Positions 1 through 8,278 of a stretch of DNA of 58,767 nucleotides are shown here, in pieces (positions within the stretch are counted from its first letter, which is position 1; the number at the start of each line of letters is the position of its first letter). The notes beneath the pieces were generated by a model. It saw only the letters and a list, made by a program, of their open reading frames with translations. It searched no databases and was not told where the DNA came from. This DNA comes from a virus: positions 1 to 58,767 of the IMG/VR virus record IMGVR_UViG_3300021057_000002. The stretch is one strand, 5' to 3'. The position numbers and the translations under genes were made by a program.

Positions 1-111
1 GCAGTGCACTCGGCAGTGCGCTCGGCAGTGGACTCGGCAGTGCACTCGGCAGTGCGCTCGGCAGTGGACTCGGCAGTGGACTCGGCAGTGGACTCGGCAG
101 TGGACTCGGTG
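1..111 (+). repeat. 12-bp tandem repeat array (part after the junction)
   Basis: Units TCGGCAGTG-NN-C repeat head to tail and read in frame 1 as S-A-V-(H/R/D). The array continues from 58620..58767. Confidence 0.95.
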
Positions 112-429
112 CCGCCTCAAGATGCATTCCGTCAGGTCCTCAACTCGTGCGCGTACTCGTATTTCGGCGGTCAGTTCTGGCCAGCATGGTACTGGGGCGC
201 GGCGTATCAAACGTTCGCACTCGACGTGCTTCGGCTCGACATCGGCCGCGACATGGAGCTGCGCGCTCGTGCGTACGAAGCGACCGTACTGTCTGCATGT
301 TATTGGTGGCCCTCTCGTCAGTTCGTGATCGTCAGCGAGCGCCCGACCATGATCGATCCGGGTAAGCGCGCACGCTGGGAGTGGGTTTCGGACAGCGGAG
401 ACCGGTGCGTCTGGGAGGCCCCGTCGTGA
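1..429 (+). CDS. 3-prime part of the junction-spanning gene: SAVx repeats plus a W/Y-rich C-terminal domain (DUF6745-like architecture)
   Basis: Frame-1 continuation of CDS 58125..58767 (ORF track 4..429); stop TGA at 427-429. After the repeats comes GGQFWPAWYWGAAY...ACYWWPSRQFVIVSERP, which I recall from DUF6745-type proteins (not searched). Confidence 0.75.
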   Translation, partial: AVHSAVRSAVDSAVHSAVRSAVDSAVDSAVDSAVDSVPPQDAFRQVLNSCAYSYFGGQFWPAWYWGAAYQTFALDVLRLDIGRDMELRARAYEATVLSACYWWPSRQFVIVSERPTMIDPGKRARWEWVSDSGDRCVWEAPS

Positions 430-920
430 TGCCCAAACGAAAACCGAAACGCTGCGAGCGATGCGGGGCCGAGTATCAGCCCAACAAGGCTAAACAGTGC
501 GCGCTGGGTGGGCCGCAGACTTCGGGCACGCCGAGAGATCGCCCGCTGCCGACGTCCATTGCCGCGCATGGCTGCACTGCACGGCACTCGCGTGTTGCGA
601 GATCCGTTAGCGGTCAAGCGCAGGGAGATTCCTGTGGTCAAGGAGGCCCCGTGACCTATCAAGAGCAACTGGAGCGCTGGGCGGCAGGCGAATCAATTCA
701 TGCCGAGCAGTGCGTACCTGATTTCTCTTGCTGCAAGCCGGAGCTTCAAGCGCCCGAGCTGGTGCGCCGCGAGTTCCTGATGTCCGACGAGGAGCGCAGA
801 TTCGGATTTCTTGGACACTTCCTCGGCGCTGCGATGACGCTCTGGCAGTCAGAGCAGCAGAAGCGGCTAAACGTCCACATCGCTCCGCCGGGCGGAAACA
901 AGGAGACCTCCAATGGCTGA
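429..920 (+). CDS. Hypothetical protein with a basic CxxC N-terminus; possibly two genes
   Basis: ORF track 381..920 trimmed to ATG 429, which overlaps the upstream stop as TGATG. N-terminus is MPKRKPKRCERCG. An internal AAGGAGG (640-646) plus GTG 651 overlaps a frame-1 TGA (652-654), so 651..920 may be a separate gene. Confidence 0.45.
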   Translation: MPKRKPKRCERCGAEYQPNKAKQCALGGPQTSGTPRDRPLPTSIAAHGCTARHSRVARSVSGQAQGDSCGQGGPVTYQEQLERWAAGESIHAEQCVPDFSCCKPELQAPELVRREFLMSDEERRFGFLGHFLGAAMTLWQSEQQKRLNVHIAPPGGNKETSNG

Positions 921-1941
921 ATCCAACGGCGCCGCCCTGGTGCGGCAAGAGAACGGCGTCTCCGCATTGCAGGAGATGAGCGTGCAAGACGTCGTCGCCC
1001 GCAAACGGAAGATCTGCGAGGTGATGGATGCGGTCATGCGCGAGGGCGAGCACTACGGGAAGATTCCCGGGTGCGGCGATAAGCCGACGCTGCTCAAGCC
1101 AGGCGCCGAGGTTCTCGCGATGACCTTCGGGCTCGCGCCCGAGTTCAAGATCACGCACACGGATCTCCCCGGCGGACATCGCGAGTACGAGATCGTTTGC
1201 ACGCTGATCCACGCGCCCACCGGCCGATCGCTGGGACAGGGCGTTGGGCTGTGCTCCACGATGGAGAGCAAGTACCGCTGGCGCAAAGGCGAGCGCCGAT
1301 GCCCCGAGTGCGGCAAGGCCACAATCATCAAGGGCAAGGCCGAGTACGGCGGCGGGTGGTTGTGCTTTCGAAAGAAGGGCGGCTGTGACAAGAAGTGGCC
1401 CGACGGTGCACAGGAGATCGAGGGTCAATCGACAGACCGTGTCGAGAATCCAGACCTCGCCGATACCTACAACACTGTTCTGAAGATGGCCAAAAAGCGC
1501 GCGCAGGTGGACTGCACGCTCACGGCCACCGGGGCGTCCGACCTGCTGACACAGGACCTCGAAGATCTGCCGGTGTACGAGCGGCGCGAACAACCATCCG
1601 CCGAGGATGCCGAATGGCGCGACGTGCCGCGTACGTGGGAGCCGCCATCGCAGCGCGCGCCCGCAACCGAAGACGAGGACTTCGCGCGATTCGCCGACCC
1701 TCGCAGCGCTGAGTCCACGGTAACACGCCAACCGCCCAAAGCCGCCAAACCCCGCACACTGGACGAGATCGCCGATGCGCTGATCGTCGAGCTCAAAGCA
1801 GCACCGGACCGAGAGGCCGTGAATGCGCTGGCCCCACGGTTTGGCGAGTTGCCGAAGGGGACGAGTGCGAGAGACCGGGCGGCAAAGGTGTACACGGCAG
1901 AGCTGGCAAGGACGGCGTTGCCGAAAGCAGAGGCGCGGTGA
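913..1941 (+). CDS. Putative single-strand annealing recombinase with an inserted zinc ribbon
   Basis: ORF track 342 aa; AAGGAG at 900-905 precedes ATG 913. Core KPTLLKPGAEVLAMTFGL...YNTVLKMAKKRAQVDCTLTATGASDLLTQDLED resembles Erf/RecT-type annealases from memory. A CPECG...C...C ribbon is inserted, the C-tail is acidic, and the gene is paired with exonuclease 3306..4454. Confidence 0.6.
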   Translation: MAESNGAALVRQENGVSALQEMSVQDVVARKRKICEVMDAVMREGEHYGKIPGCGDKPTLLKPGAEVLAMTFGLAPEFKITHTDLPGGHREYEIVCTLIHAPTGRSLGQGVGLCSTMESKYRWRKGERRCPECGKATIIKGKAEYGGGWLCFRKKGGCDKKWPDGAQEIEGQSTDRVENPDLADTYNTVLKMAKKRAQVDCTLTATGASDLLTQDLEDLPVYERREQPSAEDAEWRDVPRTWEPPSQRAPATEDEDFARFADPRSAESTVTRQPPKAAKPRTLDEIADALIVELKAAPDREAVNALAPRFGELPKGTSARDRAAKVYTAELARTALPKAEAR

Positions 1942-2336
1942 TGCTCTCTCCGAACGTCTACCTGTGTGGCGGCATCAACGGTCTGTCCGATGCCGATGCC
2001 AACGGATGGCGCGAGCTCGCGAAACGAAGATTGCCGCGAACGCTCGATCCGATGCGCCGCGATTACCGCGGACGTGAAGCCGCCAACGTCAACGAGATCG
2101 TACACGGGGACCTCGACGACATCGACCAATGCGACTTCGTGCTGGCGATGTGCAATCGACCAAGTTGGGGGACGGCGATGGAAATTTTCTACGCGCATTC
2201 GCAAGGCAAGCGCGTGTTGGCCGTTGTCGAGGAGTACGGGGAGCGACGGCAAGTCTCGCCCTGGCTTGCATACCACTCAACCGTCTATCCAACGCTGGAT
2301 GCCGCTATCGATGCGATTGAGGAACTGTGCCGGTGA
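1938..2336 (+). CDS. Nucleoside 2-deoxyribosyltransferase-like protein
   Basis: ORF track 132 aa; GTGA overlap with the upstream stop. The pattern VYLCGGINGLS...W...DP...D..CDFVLA...WGTAMEIFYAHSQGKRVLAV fits the NDT/DUF4406-type Rossmann-like signature from memory. Confidence 0.55.
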   Translation: MMLSPNVYLCGGINGLSDADANGWRELAKRRLPRTLDPMRRDYRGREAANVNEIVHGDLDDIDQCDFVLAMCNRPSWGTAMEIFYAHSQGKRVLAVVEEYGERRQVSPWLAYHSTVYPTLDAAIDAIEELCR

Positions 2337-3100
2337 TTCACTACCACGGCGGCCCAGTGACTCCGGTGGACGCGGCTCGCGAGTTGTGGACGCGGCGGCA
2401 TGCGTTCGTCTCGTTCGCACATCCCTCGCAAGCGCCGCTCGCGGCGGAGGTCTGTCACTTCGCGCTTGATTGCGGCGCCTTCACAGTCTGGAAGGCTGGC
2501 GAGGGAACCGTTGACGTCACTGCTTATGCGACCTGGGTCCGCAAGTGGGAGCGCCACCCGGGGTTCGACTTCGCAATCATCCCAGACGTCATCGACGGCT
2601 CTGAATTCGACAACGATCAGATGCTCGCGAAGTGGATCACGGGCGAGCGCATGCGCTGCGCCAGTGTTCCGGTGTGGCACCTGCACGAGTCTTTTGAACG
2701 CCTAGAGCTCCTCGTTCGCGGCGTTCTGGGTGGCGTGTATGCGCGTGTTGCGCTGGGCTCGTCCGGCAAGTGGGCGACGCCAGGAACCGACGACTGGTGG
2801 GAGCGCATGGAGGAAGTGCGTCCGGCGCTCACCGACGAGGACGGGTGCCCGCTCGTGAAACTCCACGGGTTGCGCATGCTCAACCCAACAATCTTTGCGC
2901 ACATCCCATTCTCGTCCGCTGATAGCTGCAACGTTGCACTCAACATCGGCATGGATACGAAGTGGCCCAAGGGCCCGTACTCGCCGATGACAGCAAAGAC
3001 TCGCGCTCTCGTGTTGGCAGAGCGGATCGAGCTGCACGCCACCGCGAACCGCTGGAGCAAGCGCCGCGGCATCCAGCAAAACCTGGAACTCCTCGGATGA
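2333..3100 (+). CDS. TGT-fold guanine transglycosylase-like protein (DpdA-like candidate)
   Basis: ORF track 2327..3100; start moved to GTG 2333 (GAGGA at 2320-2324, GTGA overlap). Motifs HYHGGP, LDCGAFTVW, IPDVIDG, PVWH, LGSSG and PFSSADSCNV parallel the catalytic-Asp motifs of tRNA-guanine transglycosylases and phage DpdA. No CxCxxC zinc site. Confidence 0.5.
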   Translation: MIHYHGGPVTPVDAARELWTRRHAFVSFAHPSQAPLAAEVCHFALDCGAFTVWKAGEGTVDVTAYATWVRKWERHPGFDFAIIPDVIDGSEFDNDQMLAKWITGERMRCASVPVWHLHESFERLELLVRGVLGGVYARVALGSSGKWATPGTDDWWERMEEVRPALTDEDGCPLVKLHGLRMLNPTIFAHIPFSSADSCNVALNIGMDTKWPKGPYSPMTAKTRALVLAERIELHATANRWSKRRGIQQNLELLG

Positions 3101-3309
3101 CGCCTCGAAAGAGCAAGAGGCTGCGAACGACCACAGATCCGTTCGTTGGCGTGCTGATCATCGCGCCGAAGTCCGAACGCGATGAGTGGGCCCGCCTGGC
3201 AGCGCTATACGGCAAATCGCTCAGCGATTTCTGCCGCGCGTGGCTAAATCGCAGCTGCAAGGAAATCACTGCGGCACACATGGCGGCACTGGCGGAGGAC
3301 GACGAATGA
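3097..3309 (+). CDS. Ribbon-helix-helix (CopG/Arc-like) small DNA-binding protein
   Basis: ORF track 2962..3309 trimmed to ATG 3097 (ATGA overlap). It has a basic N-tail, a short strand VGVLIIAP, then helices EWARLAALYGKSLSDFCRAWL. Confidence 0.55.
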   Translation: MTPRKSKRLRTTTDPFVGVLIIAPKSERDEWARLAALYGKSLSDFCRAWLNRSCKEITAAHMAALAEDDE

Positions 3310-4454
3310 CCCGCCTCTCCATCAGCGGTTTGCCGCGTGCCGCCGCATGCCCGGGCTCGTTCGCGTTGCCTCAGGCATCCGTCCAATCGCAATTCGCCGA
3401 CGACGGCCACGCACGCCACTCGATCGCCGAGTCCGCGATCCTCGATCAGCAGCACGACAAACTCCCCGAAGAGATCCGCGCCCTGATCCCGGCTGGAGCC
3501 CTGGTCAAGACCGAGCTCGAGGTCGCCTACGACTGGCACGCGGACACCGGGCGAATCCTGCACGCCGGGGAGCGCGAGATAGGACTGGGTCCCACAGAGA
3601 TCGCTGGGCGGATCGACCTCGTGATCCTTGCCGACCGCATGACCGTGCTCGATTGGAAGGGCTACGAGTCCGTCGGCGAGCCGGACCAAAACCCGCAGCT
3701 CATGACGTACACGCTCGCGGCGGCCCGGATCTTCGAGGTGCAGGAGGCGAGGCTCGTTGTCGCGTATGTCGCCGAGGAGGAGGGCGCACTGGTGCTCAAT
3801 CGCCCGCTGGTAATCCGCGATGTCGACGGGCCCGATCTAGAACTGCACCGACAGCGGCTGATCCGGATCCTGCGCAGTATCGACGAGCAGAAAGCACGCG
3901 TGGCCAGTGGCCTGTTGCCGGACGTCCGCGAATCTCGGGCCTGTCGCTGGTGCGACGCGATCGCCTCGTGTCCGGCGAAAACCGCACTGATCAAGCGACT
4001 GGCAAATGCCGATATCACGGGGCTCGAGCTCGTGAAGCCGCTGGATCCCGCCCAAGCCGGACACGCCTACGAGCAGATCCTGCTGATGGAAGCCGTGCTC
4101 AAGCGGATCAAGAGCCAAGTTTTTGCGATCGCGTCCTACCAAGACGTGCCGCTGTCCAACGGCCGGGTATTGCGCAAGGTGATCAAAGACGGCAACGAGA
4201 GACTCGATGCTGACAAGGCGCATGCAGTGCTCACGGAGATGTTCGGCGCCTACGTGGCGGATCAAGCCATGAAGCGATCAACGTTCAAGAACGCGATCGA
4301 GCGGGCGCTCAAAGCGGGCGGGGTTCGCCCGGTGGCTCCAGCGATGAAAGCCGCGCTCGCTGAGATCAAGAAGCGCGGCGGAATCAGCAGCGAACAGAGA
4401 ACCGAGTTTGACGAGGTGCCCGTGCAACCCCAATTGCGAGCCGTCAATGAATGA
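3306..4454 (+). CDS. PD-(D/E)XK exonuclease, Cas4/DUF2800-like, with Fe-S cysteines
   Basis: ORF track 3186..4454 trimmed to ATG 3306 (ATGA overlap). It has an N-terminal Cys (AACPGSF), a nuclease core GRIDLV...VLDWKGYE, and CRWCDAIASCP. Together these give the C...CxxC-x5-C arrangement of Cas4/AddB-type nucleases. Confidence 0.7.
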   Translation: MTRLSISGLPRAAACPGSFALPQASVQSQFADDGHARHSIAESAILDQQHDKLPEEIRALIPAGALVKTELEVAYDWHADTGRILHAGEREIGLGPTEIAGRIDLVILADRMTVLDWKGYESVGEPDQNPQLMTYTLAAARIFEVQEARLVVAYVAEEEGALVLNRPLVIRDVDGPDLELHRQRLIRILRSIDEQKARVASGLLPDVRESRACRWCDAIASCPAKTALIKRLANADITGLELVKPLDPAQAGHAYEQILLMEAVLKRIKSQVFAIASYQDVPLSNGRVLRKVIKDGNERLDADKAHAVLTEMFGAYVADQAMKRSTFKNAIERALKAGGVRPVAPAMKAALAEIKKRGGISSEQRTEFDEVPVQPQLRAVNE

Positions 4455-5058
4455 CGAAGATGTGAGTTGGTGCTGGTACTGCAGAGAGGGACCGGCGGGC
4501 GCGGCGCGCGCTGCCCTGTATGACCGTGCTGTCAGCGCCGAGGCCGAGCGCGACGCACTGAAAGCCGAGGTGGCACGACTACGCGGGCTGTTCGGGGAGG
4601 CACGAGATCTCGCCATCACGATCGCAGAGCAGTCCACCGAAGTCGAACGCGCCCGAGACGAGGCGCTGGCCGAGGTCGAGCGGCTGCGCGGCTCGGTGCG
4701 GATGTGGCGCAACTGGAGCGACGAGATTGTGCCTCCGTGGGGATCAACTGGCGATCGCACGGATGACGGGCAGCGCGCCCGACTCGCGGCCATGCTGGCT
4801 GAGCGCGACGCCGCGATCCGCGAGCGGGACGAGGCGCGAGCGCAACGGGATGACGTCAACGCAATCGCCGACATTGCCGAGCGAGACCTGCGCGCACTCC
4901 GCGCCCGCCTCGCGCGCATGGAGCGGGTGGTCGAGGCGGCGCGCGACCTCAAGACAGCGTGGACCGCGACCGCAGGCGATTTCACAGTGGAGGTTGGTGT
5001 GAAAGTCGATGCGCTGTGGCGAGCAGTCGACGCTCTCGACAAAGAGGAGCAGGGGTAA
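4447..5058 (+). CDS. Coiled-coil protein, function unknown
   Basis: ORF track 4408..5058 trimmed to ATG 4447, just before the upstream stop. Contains WCWYC followed by long Ala/Arg/Glu heptad-like helices. Confidence 0.6.
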   Translation: MNDEDVSWCWYCREGPAGAARAALYDRAVSAEAERDALKAEVARLRGLFGEARDLAITIAEQSTEVERARDEALAEVERLRGSVRMWRNWSDEIVPPWGSTGDRTDDGQRARLAAMLAERDAAIRERDEARAQRDDVNAIADIAERDLRALRARLARMERVVEAARDLKTAWTATAGDFTVEVGVKVDALWRAVDALDKEEQG

Positions 5059-5348
5059 TGAGCGACGACATCTATCAGGCAAGACGATCGATCGGCGCTC
5101 TCGCACTGGAGTTGCCATCGTCCGTACACGAGTACGTGCGCGACCAATTCCGGCCGCTGCTCGACGAACTAGAACGCCTACGCGCCGCGCTACCTACGGC
5201 AGAGGAGCGCGAGGTGATCGAGTGGGCTCGCGATATCGCCGCACTCTATGCAATTGACACGTACGCCTACGAACCAGCGGACGCGGAGATCGGCGAACGA
5301 GCGCGCGCCTACCTCGATCGCCTGCTGGCGCTGGGAGGTGGCCGGTGA
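5058..5348 (+). CDS. Hypothetical protein
   Basis: ORF track 4959..5348 trimmed to ATG 5058 (TAATG overlap). Confidence 0.55.
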   Translation: MSDDIYQARRSIGALALELPSSVHEYVRDQFRPLLDELERLRAALPTAEEREVIEWARDIAALYAIDTYAYEPADAEIGERARAYLDRLLALGGGR

Positions 5349-5530
5349 TCACGATGGACGACTACGTGCTGGCAGAGGTTGCCTTGCTGTCATCGCAAAC
5401 CAAGAGCGACGCAATCCGCATGTTGCGCGACGAGTGCGGATGGACGATTCGACATGCAGCGAATGTGATCGAGCTGATCCTCGCCGAGCGCGGCGTGTTG
5501 CCAGCGCGGATGCTGGGAGGTGGCAAGTGA
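5345..5530 (+). CDS. Hypothetical small protein
   Basis: ORF track 61 aa; GGGAGGTGG followed by GTGA overlap at 5345. Confidence 0.55.
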   Translation: MITMDDYVLAEVALLSSQTKSDAIRMLRDECGWTIRHAANVIELILAERGVLPARMLGGGK

Positions 5531-5694
5531 CTCCGCTCGAAAAGGCGATACGAGCACGCCGAGAGGCTCGCAAGATGCGCCCCGGCAACCCGTTGGGATA
5601 CGCCGCCTACAGAAACGTCTCGTACTTCGAGAGCCAGCTGTCCGACGAGGACTTCGAGGCGTATCAGCGGTGGGCGAATGGAGGTGGCAAGTGA
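5527..5694 (+). CDS. Hypothetical small protein
   Basis: Tail of ORF 5248..5694 from GTG 5527. The junction GGAGGTGGCAAGTGAC repeats exactly at 5680-5695. Confidence 0.5.
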   Translation: MTPLEKAIRARREARKMRPGNPLGYAAYRNVSYFESQLSDEDFEAYQRWANGGGK

Positions 5695-5972
5695 CCGTTG
5701 ACGGCATCTTGGAACTCGCCGCGCAGGTCTCGCGCGAGGACAACCCGCTTGCACGCAACGAACTGAGCAAGACGCTCGCCCGCGCCGTCCTCGACCTGCT
5801 GTCCGCCCAGCCTCCGTGCGGGTGGCCAAAGCCGAGCTGCGAGCGCCCGCCACTCATCATGTGGGACGCCGTGCTCGGCGCTCAAGCGCTCTCGCCAGAC
5901 GAGGCCCGCGGGATCGCCGCAATGCTCTTGCGCGCCGCCGACGACGCCGAGCGGAAAGCGAGGGAGCGGTGA
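5691..5972 (+). CDS. Hypothetical protein
   Basis: Tail of ORF 5520..5972 from GTG 5691 (GGAGG plus GTGA overlap). Confidence 0.55.
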   Translation: MTVDGILELAAQVSREDNPLARNELSKTLARAVLDLLSAQPPCGWPKPSCERPPLIMWDAVLGAQALSPDEARGIAAMLLRAADDAERKARER

Positions 5973-6151
5973 CGTTCGCCCAACGTCAAGCCGAAGCGGC
6001 GACGCTCATCCGCTATCGCCGCACGTATGCGTATGGCCGGCAAGACATCCACGCCGAGCTGAATGACTCGGGTGGCGGCACGTTCGAGCCGTGGAGCAGG
6101 CGCCAACATCGCGCGGAGTCGGCGCGCGCCACGCATGGGAGGGAGCGGTGA
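5969..6151 (+). CDS. Hypothetical small protein
   Basis: Tail of ORF 5816..6151 from GTG 5969 (GGGAGCGGTGA junction). Confidence 0.45.
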   Translation: MTFAQRQAEAATLIRYRRTYAYGRQDIHAELNDSGGGTFEPWSRRQHRAESARATHGRER

Positions 6152-6726
6152 GCGAGCCCATCACGCACATGACGTTCGCGTGGACCGGCGACGGGCGGCT
6201 CACGATCTACGTGCACCGCTCGGCGCTGTCTCCTAGCGGCGGACCAGCGATGTCGGCAGAGGAGTACCGTGCGTTTCTGCCGGACCTTGAACGGCCGCGC
6301 CCAGAGGAGTCGAGCGACGAGCGTCTCCAACGCGTCGAGCGCGTGATGCTCGCTGCGACCGAGGAGTGGCTGCAGCTCTCGGGACAGAAGGAGCCGCCAC
6401 TGCCCGTCGACGTGGACCTGTCGACGGGCGACATGCAGGCGTTGCGCGAAACGAGGGCAGCGCTCGCGCGACTGACCGACACGCCGACACGCTGGCTCAA
6501 CGCGCTCGACCGCATCCTCAACGCCAAGCCGCCCGCCGTCACACCCGAGACGCTGACGCCTGAGGAGTGGCGGGCGTTGAAAGAGGTGCGGCAAATGGCG
6601 GCGCCCAACTCGTTCAACTCGCTTCTGTCGGAACGTGGCGACGCATTGCTCGTCAGCGCCATCGACAAGCTTCGCGAGCAAGCGCACGCCCCCGTCGAGC
6701 CGCGCACCCAGAGGTCGGGCGTATGA
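6148..6726 (+). CDS. Hypothetical protein
   Basis: Tail of ORF 6091..6726 from GTG 6148. The same GGGAGCGGTGA junction occurs at 5969. Confidence 0.6.
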   Translation: MSEPITHMTFAWTGDGRLTIYVHRSALSPSGGPAMSAEEYRAFLPDLERPRPEESSDERLQRVERVMLAATEEWLQLSGQKEPPLPVDVDLSTGDMQALRETRAALARLTDTPTRWLNALDRILNAKPPAVTPETLTPEEWRALKEVRQMAAPNSFNSLLSERGDALLVSAIDKLREQAHAPVEPRTQRSGV

Positions 6727-7208
6727 GCGGGTCATATGGGATGGACGGGTACTGCACCATCGGCGCCTGTGGTCAACCGGGCAACCGCGCCGTCGAGACA
6801 CACTGGCGAATCACGGACCGATCCGCCTACGTACACGTCGCGTGCATGTCTTGTGTCAGCCACTCGCGCCGCATGGACGAGCGCGAGCGAAAGCGCTGGA
6901 AGGGCGTTGCTCGCTATCTCTACCTCCCGATCGTCCAGCCTTTCGCCGATCCCACCGCTGACACCTGCGTCGAGATCGCCATGCACGCCATCGGCCGCCT
7001 CCTCCGGTGGGAGCCGGCAGACGTCGAACTCCTGCACGAAGGGCAGAAGCTGGCGAGGGAGAGGGCGCATGCGGAGGGCGAGATGTGTTGCGTGGAGTCG
7101 TGCGCGCGGTGCGCGAAGCTTCGGCGCATCGCGATGGTCAATGCTGACCTGGAGGCTAGGCGCCTCATCGTGCCGCGCACCGACACACCGGAGGTGCAGC
7201 GTGGCTAG
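6723..7208 (+). CDS. Cys-rich hypothetical protein
   Basis: Tail of ORF 6567..7208 from ATG 6723 (ATGA overlap). Several Cys pairs: CTIGAC, CMSC, CCVESCARC. Confidence 0.6.
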   Translation: MSGSYGMDGYCTIGACGQPGNRAVETHWRITDRSAYVHVACMSCVSHSRRMDERERKRWKGVARYLYLPIVQPFADPTADTCVEIAMHAIGRLLRWEPADVELLHEGQKLARERAHAEGEMCCVESCARCAKLRRIAMVNADLEARRLIVPRTDTPEVQRG

Positions 7209-7482
7209 GTCATTCGACCGCGGCGAGATCGTCGAGGTGCAACGCGAAGGTTCGTATAAGCCGTGGGAGCCGGCGACATATCTTGCTCGCTGCGCTGATT
7301 GGCGCGGCTGGCACAGGGTGGAGTTGCCGATCGGCGCCGAGCGCTTGGTCGATTCGATAACCGGATTTGAGATCGAACGATTCAGCAGCGATGAGGCGAG
7401 GGCTCGCGCATACACGACGCGCATCATGTTCGTCCCGTCGCGGCGGATCAGGAAGCGGCGCACACCGGAGGTGCAGCCGTGA
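7201..7482 (+). CDS. Hypothetical protein
   Basis: Tail of ORF 6736..7482 from GTG 7201, preceded by CACACCGGAGGTGCAGC. That 17-mer repeats at 7461-7477. Confidence 0.5.
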   Translation: MARSFDRGEIVEVQREGSYKPWEPATYLARCADWRGWHRVELPIGAERLVDSITGFEIERFSSDEARARAYTTRIMFVPSRRIRKRRTPEVQP

Positions 7483-7703
7483 GCCTCCACATCTACCGGG
7501 CCAAGGATCAGCCGGCCACGCGCTACGTCGTCGACTACGATCCAATCAAGCCGTTCACGATCCGCAATCCAAAGCGGCGGACGCTGCGCGCCCACTGCTG
7601 TCGCAAGCGTCGGATCGCCGCGAACCTGATCGCGCGCGTTTACTACGACGGGACGTACTTCTTCTGCCGCAAGGGCAAGGGGTGCAGGGAGTGGGCGCCG
7701 TGA
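7479..7703 (+). CDS. Hypothetical basic Cys-containing protein
   Basis: ORF track 74 aa; GTGA overlap at 7479. Confidence 0.55.
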   Translation: MSLHIYRAKDQPATRYVVDYDPIKPFTIRNPKRRTLRAHCCRKRRIAANLIARVYYDGTYFFCRKGKGCREWAP

Positions 7704-8278
7704 CACTCCGCGACTGGCTCCACTCGTACACGCACAACGGAGACGCGCAATTCGTCTGTGCGTGGCGCAAGCGTGCATGGCGAGCGATGCGGCCGGTCGT
7801 GGAGCGATTTGTCGCCGATCGCGATGCGGGTCTTCCTGTAACCGCGGGCGGACTGCTCGCCGAGCTCGACCGCGCCGCATACGACGCACGCATCAGCCCG
7901 GGCGGGAAGCGTTGGATCGAGGAGCGGCGCAAGCTACTCGAGATCGTTCGCAACCAGCGCGAGCTGTGGATCCTGCCGACCGCAGACGAACACGCGACCT
8001 GCCTTGTGGCTTTCGATCTCGTCGAGGAGCATCGCTACAGCGAGGCGGTGGCGCTAATCGGCGAACAGGCGCCGAACGCACTCGGTCGACCGTGCCCCGC
8101 GTGTGGGCGGAGTCCGGGCGAGCACTGCCTTGATCCAGCCGGCCTCAGCGAAACCATGCGACACGGCGGGGTGCCCGATGGGCTGTGGCCGCAGGCGCAG
8201 GCGCTGGCCGATGCTGGGATCGAAAACGTTCACCGACACGCCTTGATCGTGCCGCACTTCGCGAGGGTTGAGCCATGA
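7700..8278 (+). CDS. Hypothetical protein
   Basis: Tail of ORF 7367..8278 from GTG 7700 (GTGA overlap). Contains CPACGRSPGEHC. Confidence 0.6.
   Translation: MTLRDWLHSYTHNGDAQFVCAWRKRAWRAMRPVVERFVADRDAGLPVTAGGLLAELDRAAYDARISPGGKRWIEERRKLLEIVRNQRELWILPTADEHATCLVAFDLVEEHRYSEAVALIGEQAPNALGRPCPACGRSPGEHCLDPAGLSETMRHGGVPDGLWPQAQALADAGIENVHRHALIVPHFARVEP

Noticed and set aside
607-7889. Long - strand ORFs in the early-right operon (607..1731, 1467..2276, 2940..3689, 4278..5147, 6013..6801, 6732..7889).
   Set aside because: They are antisense shadows of the coupled + strand genes. They are Arg/Ser/Ala-rich and would break the uninterrupted + strand junction pattern.
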